Assembly: GCF_006345805.1 (NCBI RefSeq)
Contig: NC_043026.1
Span: 14,549,579 to 14,613,578, forward strand
DNA: 64,000 bases
Direction: 5' to 3'
Origin: Octopus sinensis
Lineage: Eukaryota
Shown: piece by piece, positions 60,391 to 64,000 of the stretch
Layout of the letters: every line of letters starts with the position of its first letter
Numbering within the stretch: position 1 is the first letter of the stretch
Position numbers and translations under genes: made by a program
The notes under the pieces: model-generated
Seen by the model: only the letters and a program-made list of their open reading frames with translations
What the model was told of the DNA's origin: nothing
Databases searched by the model: none

Positions 60391-60875
60391 ATGAGGTTGG
60401 GAAGTTGGAATGTGGGCAGTCTGTATGGAAGGAGAACTGAGGTGGGTGAGGAATTAAGGAAGAGGAGGATGGATGTGTGCTGTGTGGAAGGGCCAGGGTG
60501 CAAGATTTGTTGGGGTCAAGAGAAGAAGGCACAAGTTGTGGTGGTCAGGAAAGAGCAGGGGCACTGGAGGTGTGGGAGTTTTGTTGAAGGAAGAAATCTG
60601 TGAGAAGGCAGTTAAGGTCAGGAGAAAGAGTAACAGGGATGACAGTAGTGTTAGCATTTGAGGAAGAAGGGGCGAGGGTGATTTCTGGGTATGGTCTGCA
60701 AAGTGGAAGAAGGATCACTGAGAAAGAGTAGTTCTTTGATGAAATGGCGAATGAGTGGGACTTACAGAAGGTAGATGAATTGGTTTTGGGCATGGGTGAT
60801 TTTAATGGACATGTTGGGAAATGGATCCAGAGCTTTGGGGGGTGTGCATGGTGGAAATGGAATTGGGGAGAGAAA
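60391..60875 (+). mobile_element. RTE-type LINE apurinic-endonuclease (APE) domain relic
   Basis: With frameshifts: MRLGSWNVGSLYGRRTEVGEELRKRRMDVCCV…KLWWSG…GGVGVLL…RVISGYG…GMGDFNGHVG…GVHGGNGIGER. Probable 5'UTR at ~60050-60390. Confidence 0.85.
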
Positions 60876-61430
60876 GATGGACAAAATACCTATTTCTTTA
60901 TTACCCACAAGGGGCTAAACACAGAGGGGACAAACAAGGACAGACATAGGTATTAAGTCGATTACATCGACCCCAGTGCGTAACTGGTACTTAATTTACC
61001 GACCCCGAAAGGATGAAAGGCAAAGTCGACCTCGGCGGAATTTGAACTCAGAACGTAACGACAGACGAAATACGGCTACGCATTTCGTCCGGCGTGCTAA
61101 CGTTTCTGCCAGCTCGCCGACGGACAAAATACCACTAAGCATTTCACCTGACATTCTAAAAATCCTGCCAGCTTGCTGCCTTGATAATAATAATAATAAT
61201 AATGATGATAACGATGATGATGATGATGGTGATGATGATGATGATGATGACGATGAAGATGATGATGATGATGATTTCAAATTTTGGCACAAGGCCAGCA
61301 GTACGAGGGAGGGGGTAGGTCGGTTACATTAACCCCAGTGCTCAACTGGTACTTATTTTATCAACCTTGAAAAGATGCAAAGCAAAGTTGACCTTGGTGG
61401 AATTTGAACTCAGAATGTACAGTCAGAAAA
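60876..61430 (-). mobile_element. SINE B (60876-61120), a second B head (~61120-61190) and a diverged B variant (~61280-61430)
   Basis: Reverse complements of the B head and body. Confidence 0.8.
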
Positions 61431-61454
61431 TGAGTAAATAAATATGATGATATA

Positions 61455-63728
61455 GGAGCACTCAGCCGGTTACGACGATGAGGGTCCCAGCTGATCCGAA
61501 TCAACGGAACAGCTTGCTCGTGGAATTAACGTGCAAGTGGCTGAGCACTCCACAGACACGTGTACCCTTAACGTAGTTCTCGGGGATATTCAGCGTGACA
61601 CAGAGAGTGACAAGGCCGGCCCCTTTGAAATACAGGTGCAACAGAAACAGGAAGTAAGAGTGAGAGTGAGAGGAAGTTGTGGTGAAAGAGTACAGCAGGG
61701 ATCACCACCATCCCCTGCCGGAGCCTCGGATGGAAGTACTCGGTCGGTTACGACGACGAGGGTTCCGGTTGATCCGAATCAACGGAACAGCTTGCTCGTG
61801 GAATTAACGTGCAAGTGGCTGAGCACTCCACAGACACGTGTACCCTTAAAGTAGTTCTCGAGGAGATTCAGCGTGACACAGAGAGTGACAAGGCCGGCCC
61901 CTTTGAAATACAGGTGCAACAGAAACAGGAAGAAAGAGTGAGAGAAAGTTGTGGTGAAAGAGTACAGCAGGGATCACCACCATCCCCTGCCGGAGCCTCG
62001 GATGGAAGTACTCGGTCGGTTACGACGACGAGGGTTCCGGTTGATCCGAATCAACGGAACAGCCTGCTCGTGAAATTAACGTGCAAGTGGCTGAGCACTC
62101 CACAGACACTGTACCCTTAAAGTAGTTCTCGAGGAATTCAGCGTGACACAGAGAGTGACAGCCGGCCCCTTTGAAATACAGGTGCAACAAAAACAGGAAG
62201 AAAGAGTGAGAGAAAGTTGTTGTGAAAGAGTACAGCAGGGATCACCACCATCCCCTGCCGGACCTCGGATGGAAGCACTCCGTCGTTACGACGACGAGGG
62301 GGTCCCAGCTGATACGATCAACGGAACAGCTTGCTCGTGGAATTAACGTGCAAGTGGCTGAGCACTCCACAACACGTGTACCCTTAAGTAGTTCTCGAGG
62401 AGATTCAGCGTGACACAGAGTGTGACAAGGCCGGCCCCTTTGAAATACAGGTGCAACAGAAACAGGAAGAAAGAGTGAGAGAAAGTTGTGGTGAAAGAGT
62501 ACAGCAGGGATCCCACCATCCCCTGCCGGAGCCTCGGATGGAAGTACTCGGTCGGTTACGACGACCGAGGGTTCCGGTTGATCCGAATCAACGGAACAGC
62601 CTGCTCGTGGAATTAACGTGCAAGTGGCTGAGCACTCCACAGACACGTGTACCCTTAACGTAGTTCTTGGGGATATTCAGCGTGACACAGAGAGTGACAA
62701 GGCGGCCCCTTTAAATACAGGTGCAACAGAAACAGGAATAAGAGTGAGAGAAAGTTGTGGTGAAAGAGTACAGAGCAGGATCACCACCATCCCCTGCCGG
62801 AGCCTCGATGGAAGTACTCGGTCGGTTACGACGACGAGGGTTCCGGTTGATCCGAATCAACGGAACAGCTTGCTCGTTGGAATTAACGTGCAAGTGGCTG
62901 AGCACTCCACAGACACGTGTACCCTTAAAGTAGTTCTCGGGGATATTCAGCGTGACACAGAGTGTGACAAGGCTGGCCCCTTTGAAATACAGGTGCAACA
63001 GAAACAGGAAGTAAGAGTGAGAGAAAGTTGTGGTGGAAGAGTACAGCAGGGATCACCACCATCCCCTGCCGGAGCCTCGGATGGAAGTACTCGGTCGGTT
63101 ACGACGACGAGGGTTCCGGTTGATCCGAATCAACGGAACAGCTTGCTCGTGGAATTAACGTGCAAGTGGCTGAGCACTCCACAGACACGTGTACCCTTAA
63201 AGTAGTTCTCGAGGAGATTCAGCGTGACACAGAGTGTGACAAGGCCGGCCCCTTTGAAATACAGGTACAACAGAAACAGGAAGAAAGAGTGAGAGAAAGT
63301 TGTGGTGAAAGAGTACAGCAGGGATCACCACCATCCCCTGCCGGAGCCTCGGATGGAAGTACTCGGTCGGTTACGACGACGAGGGTTCCGGTTGATCCGA
63401 ATCAACGGAACAGCCTGCTCGTGAATTAACGTGCAAGTGGCTGAGCACTCCACAGACACGTGTACCCTTAAAGTAGTTCTCGAGGAGATTCAGCGTGACA
63501 CAGAGTGTGACAAGGCTGGCCCTTTGAAATACAGGTGCAACAGAAACAGAAGTAAGAGTGAGAGAAAGTTGTGGTGAAAGAGTACAGCAGGGTTCACCAC
63601 CACCCCCTGCCGGAGCCTCGTGGAGCTTTTAGGTGTTTTCGCTCAATAAACACTCACAATTCCCGGTCTGGGAATCGAAACCGCGATCCTACGACCGCGA
63701 GTCCGCTGCCCTAACCACTGGGCCTCCA
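61455..63728 (-). mobile_element. SINE C multimer: one tRNA head plus eight ~270-275 bp bodies
   Basis: Junction gagcctcggatggaagtac at ~61730, 62003, 62269, 62537, 62808, 63080 and 63352; head at ~63625-63728. Confidence 0.9.
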
Positions 63729-64000
63729 CATATGATGATACTGTGATACTGTGACAATTTGGCTGCTTTTTTTAGCACAACGAATTACCAAGCAGACACC
63801 CCCTCTCCTTCTCTGTCCATTTGACTTTCCCCATCTGTCTCTGTCTATCTTATTCTGTCTTTCTCATTCTCCTCTATATAAATCTATGTCCTTTATTTTC
63901 CTTTCTAAGTAATAGACATACATAATATTTACCATATCCTAATGTCCTAGCAATGTCGTCCTTAACTGTACACAAGCTTAATAGTTTATATCTTATTATC

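Overview
This window is AT-rich, repeat-saturated eukaryotic DNA. The SINE and LINE families look like those of Octopus, which is an inference from sequence recall and not a database result. I found no host protein-coding exon, tRNA gene or rRNA gene that I can support. Nearly all listed ORFs are microsatellite or SINE translations, or decayed transposon fragments. Content: (1) three tRNA-derived SINE families, labelled A, B and C here, often as head-to-tail multimers; (2) a very abundant RTE-LINE 3'UTR repeat, labelled D, with an internal 61-67 bp VNTR and a (GAT)n tail; (3) fragments of RTE, BovB-like RTE, CR1 and RLE-type (R4/Dong-like) LINEs; (4) three Tc1/mariner-superfamily relics, piggyBac-like and hAT-like MITEs, non-autonomous Helitrons and foldback elements; (5) long microsatellites and a 100-N gap. 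Most notable: several unrelated Penelope-like or retrozyme-like repeats sit in (TA)n tracts and carry hammerhead-ribozyme motifs, including one fully canonical core at 32792-32874 (minus strand) and a six-copy ~380-bp array at 39.3-41.4 kb. Also notable are a hAT-MITE triplet whose spacers are bounded by inward-facing 8-bp duplications, retroelements flanked by 216-370 bp direct duplications, and SINE multimers with an identical junction at distant loci. Most coordinates were read by eye and are approximate to a few bases.
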